Assembly (NCBI GenBank): GCA_043824415.1
Contig: JBDRSZ010000164.1
Coordinates: 1-42,952, forward strand
Reading direction: 5' to 3'
Origin: a bacterium
Lineage (GTDB): Bacteria; Zhuqueibacterota; QNDG01; DSAB01
Length of the DNA stretch: 42,952 bases
The notes beneath the pieces are model-generated. The model worked only from the letters and a program-made list of their open reading frames with translations, was not told where the DNA came from and did not search any database. Position numbers and translations under genes: made by a program. This document shows positions 9,401 through 17,086 of this stretch, one piece after another (the stretch's first letter is position 1; every line of letters starts with the position of its first letter).

Positions 9401-9896
9401 CATCGCTATGACCGCCCATGCCTTGAAGGGTGATAAAGAAAAATGTCTTGCGGCGGGAATGGACGATTATGTGTCCAAGCCGATGAAGGCGGAAGAACTC
9501 TACAGAGTTGTAGAGGAGCGGATGAAGGACATCAACGTTTCTGCGGATGAACCGTCCATCGATCTTTCGTGCGCGTTGAATGCAGTCGGGAATGACAAAA
9601 AACTTTTAAAGGATCTGCTGGGAGATTTCTTGAAAGAAATTCCAACTCAGCTGAATGATCTTCAGTACGTGATCACAGACGGCGACTCGAAGAGTCTGGA
9701 AAGAATGGCCCATACGTTTAAGAGCAATGTGGGACTATTTGGTTACGAGAAAGCGTACGCACTGGCTTCTGAACTTGAGAATCGGGGCAGGGAATCGCGA
9801 TTGGATGGGACGGATGCGATCTTACATCGCCTGAAACAGCAGATGTCGCGGTTTTCAGGATATTTCTCTACTTCCGCTTGGGAGGAAAACTTGTGA
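6423..9896 (+). CDS. Multidomain hybrid sensor kinase: 2-TM module, three PAS, HisKA, HATPase, two receivers, C-terminal Hpt
   Basis: ORF track 6360..9896 (GTG). I prefer the ATG at 6423, with GGAGG about 10 nt upstream. Motifs seen:
- PAS-like segments ending DITDKKQA, DITEIKRVEEEL and DITEQKRAEEEL
- H-box SHEIRTPLNGIIGM
- HATPase motifs NLVNNALKF, DTGIGI, GGTGLGLAI
- Receivers LVVDDNATNRR..LLDAHMPEMDG and LLAEDNAINRK..LMDVQMPEMDG
- Hpt motif HTFKSNVGLFG. Confidence 0.9.
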   Translation: MEAIKRNRSIGTSLVWVGIILGAFYWILESVRDVFVFGKGGLFERLVHPDPMAFWMRFLTLGILMLFCVYAQVLINGRKRAEKALWESENKYRTITDNISMGIFRTTLGLGGHFLEVNPAIVRMFGYDRKEEFLQTSMADLYLDAEEGNMFCQKILNDGFVRDEEIQLKKKDGRPLWCSVTAVAVLDGSGETLYYDGVIEDITDKKQAREDVKRLKDFNEGIVQNMAEGIVVREAEGTITFYNPAVSRLLGYSSEDLIGRHYKEIVSPGQHPVLESAEQTPTAESARQYGVDLLSKEGGRIPVLVSDSPRFEAGSYVGNIAVFTDITEIKRVEEELKVKKAHLDRLFDSAPEAIVMSDNDGRIRRVNSEFVRLFGYESREVVGRILDELIVPENLYEEGVSQTERVIGGEQVAFESMRRIKDGTFISVSVLGSPIVVDGKQRGVFGIYRDITEQKRAEEELRKYAQDLKTAKETEEEHAAELIQLVEDLEVAKSRAEAAARAKSEFLANMSHEIRTPLNGIIGMTELALDTDLSPVQQEYLDTVKTSADLLHTIINNILDFSKIEAGKLEMEALEFHLRDCLGDTIQTLALQAEEKGIELACHIVADVPDALVGDLNRLRQVVLNLVNNALKFTENGEVVLHADVEEWTEDGVLLHFSVIDTGIGIPAEKQKIIFEAFTQADGSTTRKFGGTGLGLAISSKLVEMMGGSIWVESPSKTRGTDVGGPGSTFHFTAHFKTQQGTAEFAQRRAFVDLRNLPVLVVDDNATNRRILEEMLTNWEMKPTAVGSGVTALEEMKRAAACGRSFPLVLLDAHMPEMDGFTLAERIRRNPDLEGATIMMLSSSDRTSTVVRCQALGISVYLVKPIKQSDLFNAIVDTLGQNSNSRTDERMDRSLEERTRREPMIEEDHKSETMFRILLAEDNAINRKLAEELLRKRGWDVVSVTNGKEALEALESEDFAMILMDVQMPEMDGFEATAAIREKEKKTGTRIPIIAMTAHALKGDKEKCLAAGMDDYVSKPMKAEELYRVVEERMKDINVSADEPSIDLSCALNAVGNDKKLLKDLLGDFLKEIPTQLNDLQYVITDGDSKSLERMAHTFKSNVGLFGYEKAYALASELENRGRESRLDGTDAILHRLKQQMSRFSGYFSTSAWEENL

Positions 9897-10288
9897 ACGC
9901 ACTTATGAAACGAATTCTTGTCATCGAGGATAACAAGGTTTATTGTAGGATTCTGCGGTTGTGGCTCGAGTCGAACGGGTATCAGATTCTGGTTTGCCAC
10001 GATGGATTGGATGGTTTGAATACAGCGAAGAAAGAGAAACCGGATCTTATTATCCTCGACCTTCTGCTTCCGAGTTTGGACGGGCATAAGGTGTGTCGGC
10101 TGCTCAAGGCCGACCGGAATTTTAACACTATTCCCGTTGTCATATTTACCTCAAGAGATTTGAATGCGGATGAAGTTTTGGCGAAACAGTGCGGCGCGGA
10201 TGCGTTCGTTGTGAAGACTGTACAATCCGAGGTCATCCTGAATACGATACGGGGATTGCTGACTGCAACGAGACAAGATGCACAATAG
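9893..10288 (+). CDS. Single-domain response regulator (CheY-like receiver only)
   Basis: ORF track 9878..10288 (TTG). The GTG at 9893 has GGAGG 7 nt upstream and overlaps the upstream TGA. An alternative ATG lies at 9905 (MKRILVIEDN). Receiver motifs: IEDN, IILDLLLPSLDG, FTS, VVKT. Confidence 0.85.
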   Translation: MNALMKRILVIEDNKVYCRILRLWLESNGYQILVCHDGLDGLNTAKKEKPDLIILDLLLPSLDGHKVCRLLKADRNFNTIPVVIFTSRDLNADEVLAKQCGADAFVVKTVQSEVILNTIRGLLTATRQDAQ

Positions 10289-10345
10289 TGGAGTATTTTA
10301 GAAAAGGAGCTGTTTATCTTATTCATCTCACAAAAGGAATGCAGG

Positions 10346-12286
10346 ATGGACAAGCCGGAAGTTAAAGTTTTGTTGATCGAAGACGACCCATCGGACCGGA
10401 TGGCTTTCGAGAGGATTGTTGAAGATGAAACGCTTCCCTATCGGTATTTTGTAGCCGGTTCGATCCTTGAAGCTAAACGATACTTGAATTCAGAGCCCTT
10501 CGATGTGGTTATTGCCAACAGTATTGTTGGCGATGGGACGGTACTGGCGCTTTTTGATTTCATTATCGATGCTCCTATCCTCATGATGACGGAGGAGGGT
10601 CATGTCGATATTGCCGTTCAAGCGATGAAATTGGGCGCTTATGATTACTTGATCAAGGACGCCGACCGCCATTACTTAAAAGTGTTGCCCATGAATGTTG
10701 AGAGAGCCGTTCGACATAAGACAGCGGAAGACCGTCTGCGGGAGAGCGAAGAAAGATACCGTATTCTGTTCCACAGCGCGGCGGATCCGATCGCTGTTAT
10801 CGACACGGAAGGGAATTTATTCGATGTGAATCAAAGGTTCGAAGAGGAAAGCGGTTATAGCCGGCATGAGATATTGGGTAGAAATATCTATACGTGCGGG
10901 CTTTTAACAGGAAAATCTATAAAGAAGATCAAGCCGCACGTAAAAGGACTGCTCCGAGGCCGGTCGTGTCCGTTGCTTGAGATCGAATGTATGAGCAAGG
11001 ATGGCAGACTGGTTCCTTATGAACTCCGGGCGGTTCCCATTAAACGGAACGGTGAGATTATCTCGATTCAGGCTATCCTGAGGAATATCGCCGAACGAGC
11101 GGAAGCGGAAAGAGAAAGAATGAGGATGCAAGCGCAACTGATCCAAGCACAAAAGATGGAGGCCATAGGTGTCCTGGCCGGGGGAATCGCGCATGATTTT
11201 AACAACCTGCTCACAGCTATCATCGGGTGTACGGACATGGCAATGATGGGCATGGATGCGTCTGAATCCGCGTACATGGATTTGAAAGAAGTGAGGATCG
11301 CTGCTGAACGGGCGGCTGATCTGACGAGTCAATTGATGCTTTTCAGCCGCAAGAAAAATATGAGGTTCACTCCGGTCGATCTCAATGCTGTGGTCAGGGA
11401 TCTGCTGAAGATGCTGCACCGTTTGATCGGGGAGGACATCAGAATTGATACAGATCTGAGTTCGAATCTTTGGGCTGGGTGGGCCGACCAAGGGACGATA
11501 GGGCAAGTGATTATGAACTTGGCTGTGAACGCAAGGGATGCAATGCTGGGAGGAGGAGAACTCAGAATCAGGACATCGAATACGGATTTGAAGGATAAGC
11601 AGTGCAGGCACATGTCCGAAGCGTATCCCGGCAAGTTTGTTTGTCTTTCAGTATCGGATTCCGGTGTGGGCATGGACGAGAAGACGATCGCGCATGCTTT
11701 TGATCCGTTTTTCAGTACCAAGCAAAAGGGGAAGGGAACGGGATTGGGACTTGCTGTCGTGTACGGCATTGTCAAACAGCATGCTGGCTGGATACACGTT
11801 AAGAGCAAACCCGGCTTTGGCTCAACTTTCGAGGTCTACATTCCGCGCTGCTCGAAACGCGCCAAGAAGGAAGGGGGGGGGATTCGGATGAAAGAGCAAT
11901 TCCAAGGCGGGGGCAAACGTATCCTGATTGTGGAAGATGAGGATAAAGTGAGGGAGTTTACCGCCTGCGGGTTGGACAGGAGCGGTTATGTCGTTTTTTC
12001 GGCCGCGAACGCATCCGAAGCGAAAAGCGTATTTTCGAGAGAGAAGGGAGATTTTCATCTCATTCTGAGCGATATCATGCTGCCCGATAAAAATGGCATC
12101 GAACTGGTGGATGAATTCATCTCCGCGAAACCGGATATCCGGGTTTTATTCAGCAGCGGGTACTCGGATTATCATACACGCTGGCCGATGCTACAGGAGA
12201 GAGGGTGCCGGTTCTTGGAGAAGCCGTATACGCTGTGTGATTTGCTCAGCACGATTCAGGAGCTTACGGAATCTTTGGATGGATGA
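10346..12286 (+). CDS. Receiver(Asn-substituted)-PAS-histidine kinase-receiver hybrid protein
   Basis: The N-terminal receiver-like fold (VLLIEDDPSD..FDVVIANSIVGDG..MMTEEG..LIKD) has Asn where the phospho-Asp is expected. There is one PAS (ERYRILFHSAADPIAVIDTEGN). The H-box is GGIAHDFNNLLTAIIG and the HATPase motifs are present. The C-terminal receiver reads ILIVEDEDK..ILSDIMLPDKNG..EKP. Confidence 0.9.
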   Translation: MDKPEVKVLLIEDDPSDRMAFERIVEDETLPYRYFVAGSILEAKRYLNSEPFDVVIANSIVGDGTVLALFDFIIDAPILMMTEEGHVDIAVQAMKLGAYDYLIKDADRHYLKVLPMNVERAVRHKTAEDRLRESEERYRILFHSAADPIAVIDTEGNLFDVNQRFEEESGYSRHEILGRNIYTCGLLTGKSIKKIKPHVKGLLRGRSCPLLEIECMSKDGRLVPYELRAVPIKRNGEIISIQAILRNIAERAEAERERMRMQAQLIQAQKMEAIGVLAGGIAHDFNNLLTAIIGCTDMAMMGMDASESAYMDLKEVRIAAERAADLTSQLMLFSRKKNMRFTPVDLNAVVRDLLKMLHRLIGEDIRIDTDLSSNLWAGWADQGTIGQVIMNLAVNARDAMLGGGELRIRTSNTDLKDKQCRHMSEAYPGKFVCLSVSDSGVGMDEKTIAHAFDPFFSTKQKGKGTGLGLAVVYGIVKQHAGWIHVKSKPGFGSTFEVYIPRCSKRAKKEGGGIRMKEQFQGGGKRILIVEDEDKVREFTACGLDRSGYVVFSAANASEAKSVFSREKGDFHLILSDIMLPDKNGIELVDEFISAKPDIRVLFSSGYSDYHTRWPMLQERGCRFLEKPYTLCDLLSTIQELTESLDG

Positions 12287-12383
12287 AAGTATTCAGAAAA
12301 TTGTGTTTATGGATGTTTGATACTCGGAATGGGACGCTGTTTTATTCTGTTTATTTTTTCAGCTTTTCATGGATCTATGTGGA

Positions 12384-12775
12384 CAAAATCATTCGATGTG
12401 ATGTGAAGCGTATTCCTTTGTCCAATGAAGTCGTTGTTCTTTTCTTCAGAAGAAAAGAACCCCCGCGTAGCGGGATCAAGCTATTATATGATTTGATATT
12501 GAAGACAAAAGAACCGGCCTTTTTGCCTGCCCGCCGGCAGGCGGGAATGCCATATTTCATCGTCAAAGTAAATCATATTTAAAAATATTTTCATCCACTC
12601 TTCTCTGCCCCTACGCTTCCCGACGCGTCGACAGGTCGTCGCATCGGGAAATGCCCACCCCTGTTGTATTTGATTCAAATTCATCTTGGGCCGCGGCTGT
12701 CAAAAAGGCCATTTTCCTCTCCCTGCCCCTCCGAAAAAACAATTCGAAAATAACCCACAATAATCCGTGAAGAAT
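12384..12775 (+). repeat. Copy A of a ~0.4 kb hairpin-rich intergenic repeat (PATE/MITE-like element or ncRNA locus)
   Basis: Aligns by eye end to end with 17087-17504 in the same orientation. It includes an 81-nt perfectly identical core (about 12434-12514). It contains a perfect 11-bp stem, GTTCTTTTCTT-CAG-AAGAAAAGAAC, then CCCGC-GTA-GCGGG, then the GC hairpin CCTGCCCGCC/GGCAGGCGGG, and the hairpin TTCCCGACGCGTCGAC/GTCGTCGCATCGGGAA. Confidence 0.8.
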
Positions 12776-12782
12776 CATTTTT

Positions 12783-13574
12783 TCATGTGAATGAGAGCGT
12801 CATGCCAACAGGGCAGTGATCGGAGCCCGTTACGTCGGAGAGGATGGAAGCGGATGTGACATTTTCCCTGAGGTTTTCACTGATGAAGATGTAATCGATT
12901 CTCCAGCCGACGTTTCTTTCCCGCGCCCGGGTTTTGTAATCCCACCAGGAGTAATGCCCGCCCTCCGAGTGGAATATTCGGAACGTATCGATAAATCCAT
13001 GAGAGACGAGTTTGTCTATCCACGCTCTCTCCTCCGGCAGGAATCCCGACATTTTCTCATTTTCTTTGGGTCTGGCCAGATCAATTTCGGTGTGGGCTGT
13101 ATTCACATCGCCGCAGACGATGATGTTCTTGCCTTCCTTTTTCAGCCGATCTACGGTGTCCAAAAAGGTGTCGTAAAAATCCATCTTGTAGTCCAGCCGT
13201 TCTTTTGAAGCTTTCCCGTTGGGAAAGTAGACGTTAAACAAGATATAATTGCCGTATTCAGCGATGAGGGTTCTTCCTTCCGAATCGAATCTCTGAATGC
13301 CCAATCCTTTGACGATCCTCTCCGGTCTTTGCTTTGTGAGGAGAGCCGTTCCACTGTACCCCTTCCTCTGGGCGGGAAAGCAGATCATCTCGTAACCGGA
13401 GATGCTGAGGAGTTCCTTGGGAAGCTGTTCTTCGGATGCCTTTATCTCCTGCAGGCAGAGTATGTCGGGACTGTCCTCGGCGAACCAGTCAGTGAATCCT
13501 TTCTTGACCACTGCCCGCAACCCGTTGACGTTCCAGGAGAGTAGTCGTGTCTTGCCCATTATTATCCTTTTCAA
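12783..13574 (-). CDS. xth: Exodeoxyribonuclease III (AP endonuclease, Xth family)
   Basis: N-terminus [27 protein letters not shown], then NVYFPNG, GDVNTAH, and the C-terminus GSDHCPV. These are the classic EEP/ExoIII motifs. Its start overlaps the upstream gene's stop by 4 nt. Confidence 0.92.
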   Translation of the reverse strand: MKRIIMGKTRLLSWNVNGLRAVVKKGFTDWFAEDSPDILCLQEIKASEEQLPKELLSISGYEMICFPAQRKGYSGTALLTKQRPERIVKGLGIQRFDSEGRTLIAEYGNYILFNVYFPNGKASKERLDYKMDFYDTFLDTVDRLKKEGKNIIVCGDVNTAHTEIDLARPKENEKMSGFLPEERAWIDKLVSHGFIDTFRIFHSEGGHYSWWDYKTRARERNVGWRIDYIFISENLRENVTSASILSDVTGSDHCPVGMTLSFT

Positions 13575-14251
13575 TCGGGTTGGCTGTTGACGTTTGATTT
13601 TTCTTTTTTCATCAGATTACGGATGAGGGGAATGTTGATGATCACTGTGATTGCGAGGAACAGGACGAGTAATAAGTAGTCGGGGAGTCGAATCGCGTTA
13701 CCCAGGATGGCAAAAAGATAGAATCGGGGCGTCCGGGAGAGGAAGAGGGCGAGCAGGTATTTGTTGAGGGGATACCGTGCTATGACAACTAAGAAGCGGA
13801 GAGGATAAAACGGGACGGGTGTAAGCCCGGCAACGAGGAGGGCGATGAAGGGCGCTTTGTTGAACAGAGTGACGAATTTTCGGAAGAATTTTTTCTGGAA
13901 CACTTTCTTCATGGGTTCGAGTTCGGCGAAGAAGCCGAATACGGAGTAGTTCAAGAATTCCGTGATTAACGTTCCTGCGATGGCGACTGCCGTTACCGTG
14001 ATGGGTGAATAGTATTTGCTAAAGTAGAAGAAGACGGGCTCGTGGGCCACGACAGCGATTAGAAACTGGGAGGGGAAATTATACAGGAAGAGCACCCAGA
14101 GGCTTTTGCTCTCTTGGATACTTTTGGAACTCAGCCATAACACAAGAAGAAAGAGAACCAAGCTGAGCTCTAGGATGATAATCCAGAGTCTTGCTTTGAG
14201 GGAGAGTGTGCCCGCCTTTAACTGCGACGAAGGGGGATTGTTGCTGTTCAT
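13571..14251 (-). CDS. Polytopic membrane protein, VTT/DedA-YqaA-like
   Basis: ORF track 13571..14365. I prefer the ATG at 14251 (MNSNNPP..), which removes the overlap with the radical SAM gene. There are multiple hydrophobic helices. The segment [29 protein letters not shown] resembles the VTT re-entrant motif. Confidence 0.6.
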   Translation of the reverse strand: MNSNNPPSSQLKAGTLSLKARLWIIILELSLVLFLLVLWLSSKSIQESKSLWVLFLYNFPSQFLIAVVAHEPVFFYFSKYYSPITVTAVAIAGTLITEFLNYSVFGFFAELEPMKKVFQKKFFRKFVTLFNKAPFIALLVAGLTPVPFYPLRFLVVIARYPLNKYLLALFLSRTPRFYLFAILGNAIRLPDYLLLVLFLAITVIINIPLIRNLMKKEKSNVNSQPD

Positions 14252-14280
14252 TGGGCAACGGCTTTTGTGTGCATGGAAGA

Positions 14281-15249
14281 TTAAAGGGTTCCGATATTGT
14301 CTTTGATCAGATACCAGACAGGCTTCTCGGAATTGGCGCGGATGCTCGTGTTGCACAAACCGCATGTGTTGCTTTTCATGAAGTCGTTTCGAATTTCTTC
14401 CTGCGATTTGTACTCTTTAATGATAAGTCCGCAGGGGGATAGGGTTCCCGATGGATTGACGACATAGAATTTTTCGCCGGCCTGACAGTTGGGGATGCTT
14501 TCGTTCTCGAAGAAGTCGATCATTCTGTTAAAAATGTATTCTGATGCGAAGACGTTTTTGTGTTTTTTACGGATGTCGAGCAGTTTTTTTGCTATTTCTC
14601 GGAGTTCAGGCAGTTCTTCCCTGGGGATCATGTACTCTTTATTGTGCGTCCGCAGACTCGTGTATGTGCTGAAATTCATCTTCACATTCCAATCCGTGGC
14701 CAGCTCGGCCAATCTGAGGAGATCGCGGAAGTTGTCGCGCTGAACGACGCAGCATACTGTGATGGCTTTCTTCTCCCCGTTTGAATCGAGGTCTTTCACC
14801 AGCTTTTCGATGCGCCTGAAGAGTCCGGGCACACGGCGGAAGTCGTCATGCCGTTCGTCCGGATAGTCTAAGGAAAGGGAAAATTCATCGACGCCCGCCC
14901 GACGGAGTGATTCGTAACGTTCCCTCGTCAGAAGGACGCCGTTTGTCGTCACGACGATGAAAGGAGCCCTATTGGGGATCCGTAATTCCTGCACGATCTC
15001 TTCCAAGTCTTTCCGGAGCAGGGGCTCTCCTCCGGATATCTGTGCGACCACGGGCTGAATCTGGCGGGCCAATTCACCGAACCTTTGGGGCGTGGTTCTC
15101 TCTTCGTCCACGGGTCCGCCGAGGTGACAGTGTTTGCAGCGTGCGTTGCACTTGTAGGTCACTTCGAAGGAGACGCTGAGGGGTCTCTTCGAAAAATAAT
15201 TCCAAATGCCTCGTTTTGCCAAGGATAATGTTCGCATGGTAGAACTCAT
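14281..15249 (-). CDS. Radical SAM protein with C-terminal Cys-rich (SPASM/twitch-like) region
   Basis: CNARCKHC (CxxxCxxC) sits near the N-terminus, with the GGEPLL SAM-binding motif. C-terminal cysteines: NCQAG..SPCGL..TCGLCNTS. Confidence 0.85.
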   Translation of the reverse strand: MSSTMRTLSLAKRGIWNYFSKRPLSVSFEVTYKCNARCKHCHLGGPVDEERTTPQRFGELARQIQPVVAQISGGEPLLRKDLEEIVQELRIPNRAPFIVVTTNGVLLTRERYESLRRAGVDEFSLSLDYPDERHDDFRRVPGLFRRIEKLVKDLDSNGEKKAITVCCVVQRDNFRDLLRLAELATDWNVKMNFSTYTSLRTHNKEYMIPREELPELREIAKKLLDIRKKHKNVFASEYIFNRMIDFFENESIPNCQAGEKFYVVNPSGTLSPCGLIIKEYKSQEEIRNDFMKSNTCGLCNTSIRANSEKPVWYLIKDNIGTL

Positions 15250-15324
15250 TACTGATGATTCCTCTCTCTTTTATTACGAGTAAGATCTTTGTTTTTTTCA
15301 AAAGACATTGAGTCATTCTGCTGC

Positions 15325-15480
15325 AAATTAAAATTCAAAATTCAAATATCAAAATGACAAATAAAAATGTAAAATGATCTATTCATTGCAGAGGTCTTTT
15401 TTAAAATCTTATTAAATTTTGATTTGTCATTTTCCCTGCCTGCGGCAGGCAGGCATTTTGATATTTGATCTTTACATTGC
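15325..15480. repeat. AT-rich palindromic (MITE-like) element with embedded GC hairpin CCTGCCTGCGGCAGGCAGG
   Basis: Arm pairs seen by eye: CAAATATCAAAATG / CATTTTGATATTTG, AAAATGACAAAT / ATTTGTCATTTT, and AATGTAAA / TTTACATT. The left arm AAATTCAAAATTCAAATATCAAAATGAC resembles the element at 23255-23430. Confidence 0.6.
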
Positions 15481-15511
15481 TCATTATTAAATAACATGCG
15501 ATTTTATCGCG

Positions 15512-16090
15512 CTAACATTTTTTATGGAGCAGTACGATGGAGTATATTTTAATACCGATTAAAATGCAAGCCATGACAGCGACGAGCATTTTCAGCTGCG
15601 GCAGGAAGACGAGCAACAGGGTAATGACACTCGAATTGCTGAATTTTCCTCCCGGGCTGTAATTCAGAAGATAGACCCTCTTGTTCACTTTATTAAAATA
15701 ATTGGGTGAGATGATGTCGAATTTGATGAATTGATAGCTGAGGTAGAAATCGATGAACGCGTAGTCGATGAGATAGAGCGCCACGGGTAGAAAAAGATAA
15801 GGTCGGAAATGGAGGAATATAACGTAGAAGAAGAGTATCTCGATCCGATCGACGATGATGTCGATCTCCGCTCCGAAGATGGTCTCTTGTTTGAATTTTC
15901 TTGCCACGTACCCGTCGATAAAATCCACCCACCAGTGGATGACGAATCCGATATAATTGTACATGGGATTCGATCTGAGGATGGCGAGGACGAAGAATGT
16001 CATCGACGCTGACAGCCTTAGATACGTGATGATATTCGCTTCGCTGAAGAAGGCTTGAGGAGTCCTGGGTCTGAGAAATTTATACTGCAT
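15512..16090 (-). CDS. CDP-alcohol phosphatidyltransferase family protein
   Basis: DFIDGYVARKFKQETIFGAEIDIIVD matches the D-x2-DG-x2-AR-x8-G-x3-D-x3-D signature. Several TM helices are present. Confidence 0.85.
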   Translation of the reverse strand: MQYKFLRPRTPQAFFSEANIITYLRLSASMTFFVLAILRSNPMYNYIGFVIHWWVDFIDGYVARKFKQETIFGAEIDIIVDRIEILFFYVIFLHFRPYLFLPVALYLIDYAFIDFYLSYQFIKFDIISPNYFNKVNKRVYLLNYSPGGKFSNSSVITLLLVFLPQLKMLVAVMACILIGIKIYSIVLLHKKC

Positions 16091-16112
16091 ACGCTTCCGA
16101 TTTTTTGTTCAT

Positions 16113-16143
16113 TAAAAAGGGGCCGAAGCAATCTTTTGGCCCC
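16113..16143 (-). terminator. Rho-independent terminator after the HExxH-protein gene
   Basis: On the minus strand, a GGGGCC..13 nt..GGCCCC hairpin is followed by TTTTTA. It lies between the 16261 stop and the 16090 start. Confidence 0.55.
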
Positions 16144-16260
16144 GATGGACAAGACGGCCATACCGATATTGGATGGGAATGGCTGAAGGGGATAAATCCT
16201 TGGGCATTAAATTAGCAAATTTTATGCTCATAGTCAATTTATTTTTGCATTACGATCTGT

Positions 16261-17031
16261 TTATTCATCCACGATTTTAAGCCAGCGCATCGGCCAGCGC
16301 CATATCCGACCGTCCGCGGTTTGGATGACGATGCGCTTGGAGTTGCTTCGGATGGACCGAAGGACGGATACGGTCTCACCCGTGTATTTTCTTTTGGGAT
16401 CGTGTGCGACCCGAAGTCGATCTCCCGTCTTGAGTTTTCTAAAAGAAGCGTACGGGTCGAACAGGATGCGTCTTTTTTTCAGGCGCGCGGTCATGGATCT
16501 TCTTCTTTTTTGAGGCCGCAGCTTTTGACCTTGTACACGGAATCCGAGGCTTTGCGCGTGCTTAAGCGCCCACCGGTTTGCAGCGTTTTCTCCTTCCTTC
16601 GGATGGAGTTTGAGATGGTACCGGCGAAAGTGATGGAGCTCGTGAGCGAACAGGGTCGCAAGATGATGGGTGAAAGTCTCATACCGGAATTCCCAGCCGT
16701 ATTTATCGATTTCGGTTTTTGGATAGAGTCCGGTGCTGGCGTCGAGACGCATTCGTATGAGTTTGAACGTCGGAGGGAGGTCGGGCGGCGTTCCCCATTT
16801 CTTTGCGAAGATCCATTTGCCCCGCTTGGGGACGAAGTCGGCTGCCGACATCCATGTCTGGACGAAGGCTGTACCACGATTTTTATTGGCACCGGGAATC
16901 AGGTAAAGTGCGACGACGAGGGCATCCGTTTCGGTTGTTTCTGCAACGCTGTGCAGCGTCTGATGAGCCAGATCGTGAAAAATGGTCTTTTGTTTGTAAA
17001 ATTTTGTATCACAAAAAATATACAATCTCAT
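16261..17031 (-). CDS. Hypothetical protein with HExxH (AHELHH) motif and basic linker plus small beta-rich C-terminal domain
   Basis: The minus-strand translation is protein-like (..TLFAHELHHFRRYHL..ANRWALKHAQSLGF..). The fully overlapping plus-strand ORF 16321..17058 reads like antisense noise. Confidence 0.65.
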   Translation of the reverse strand: MRLYIFCDTKFYKQKTIFHDLAHQTLHSVAETTETDALVVALYLIPGANKNRGTAFVQTWMSAADFVPKRGKWIFAKKWGTPPDLPPTFKLIRMRLDASTGLYPKTEIDKYGWEFRYETFTHHLATLFAHELHHFRRYHLKLHPKEGENAANRWALKHAQSLGFRVQGQKLRPQKRRRSMTARLKKRRILFDPYASFRKLKTGDRLRVAHDPKRKYTGETVSVLRSIRSNSKRIVIQTADGRIWRWPMRWLKIVDE

Positions 17032-17086
17032 GGCAGTGGAATCGATTTTTCTTTCTGAATAGTTTTAAATATACACTATTTATAAG

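Noticed and set aside
12283-12684. Short ORFs inside the 0.4 kb repeats (12283..12582, 12375..12566, 12484..12684, and 17080..17277 in copy B)
   Set aside because: The two minus-strand ORFs stay open in both copies, and the 15-nt indel is in frame. However, their sequences (GIPAC..AGKKAG.., GGSFLLKKRT) are simply translations of perfect hairpins. No start context or RBS is evident. With two copies there is no way to show purifying selection, so I treat them as non-coding pending more copies.
16321-17058. 245-aa plus-strand ORF fully overlapping the HExxH-protein gene
   Set aside because: Its translation is Ser/Arg/Gly/Cys-noisy with no motifs. The minus-strand frame reads like a real protein and has its own terminator, so I treat the plus-strand ORF as an antisense artefact.
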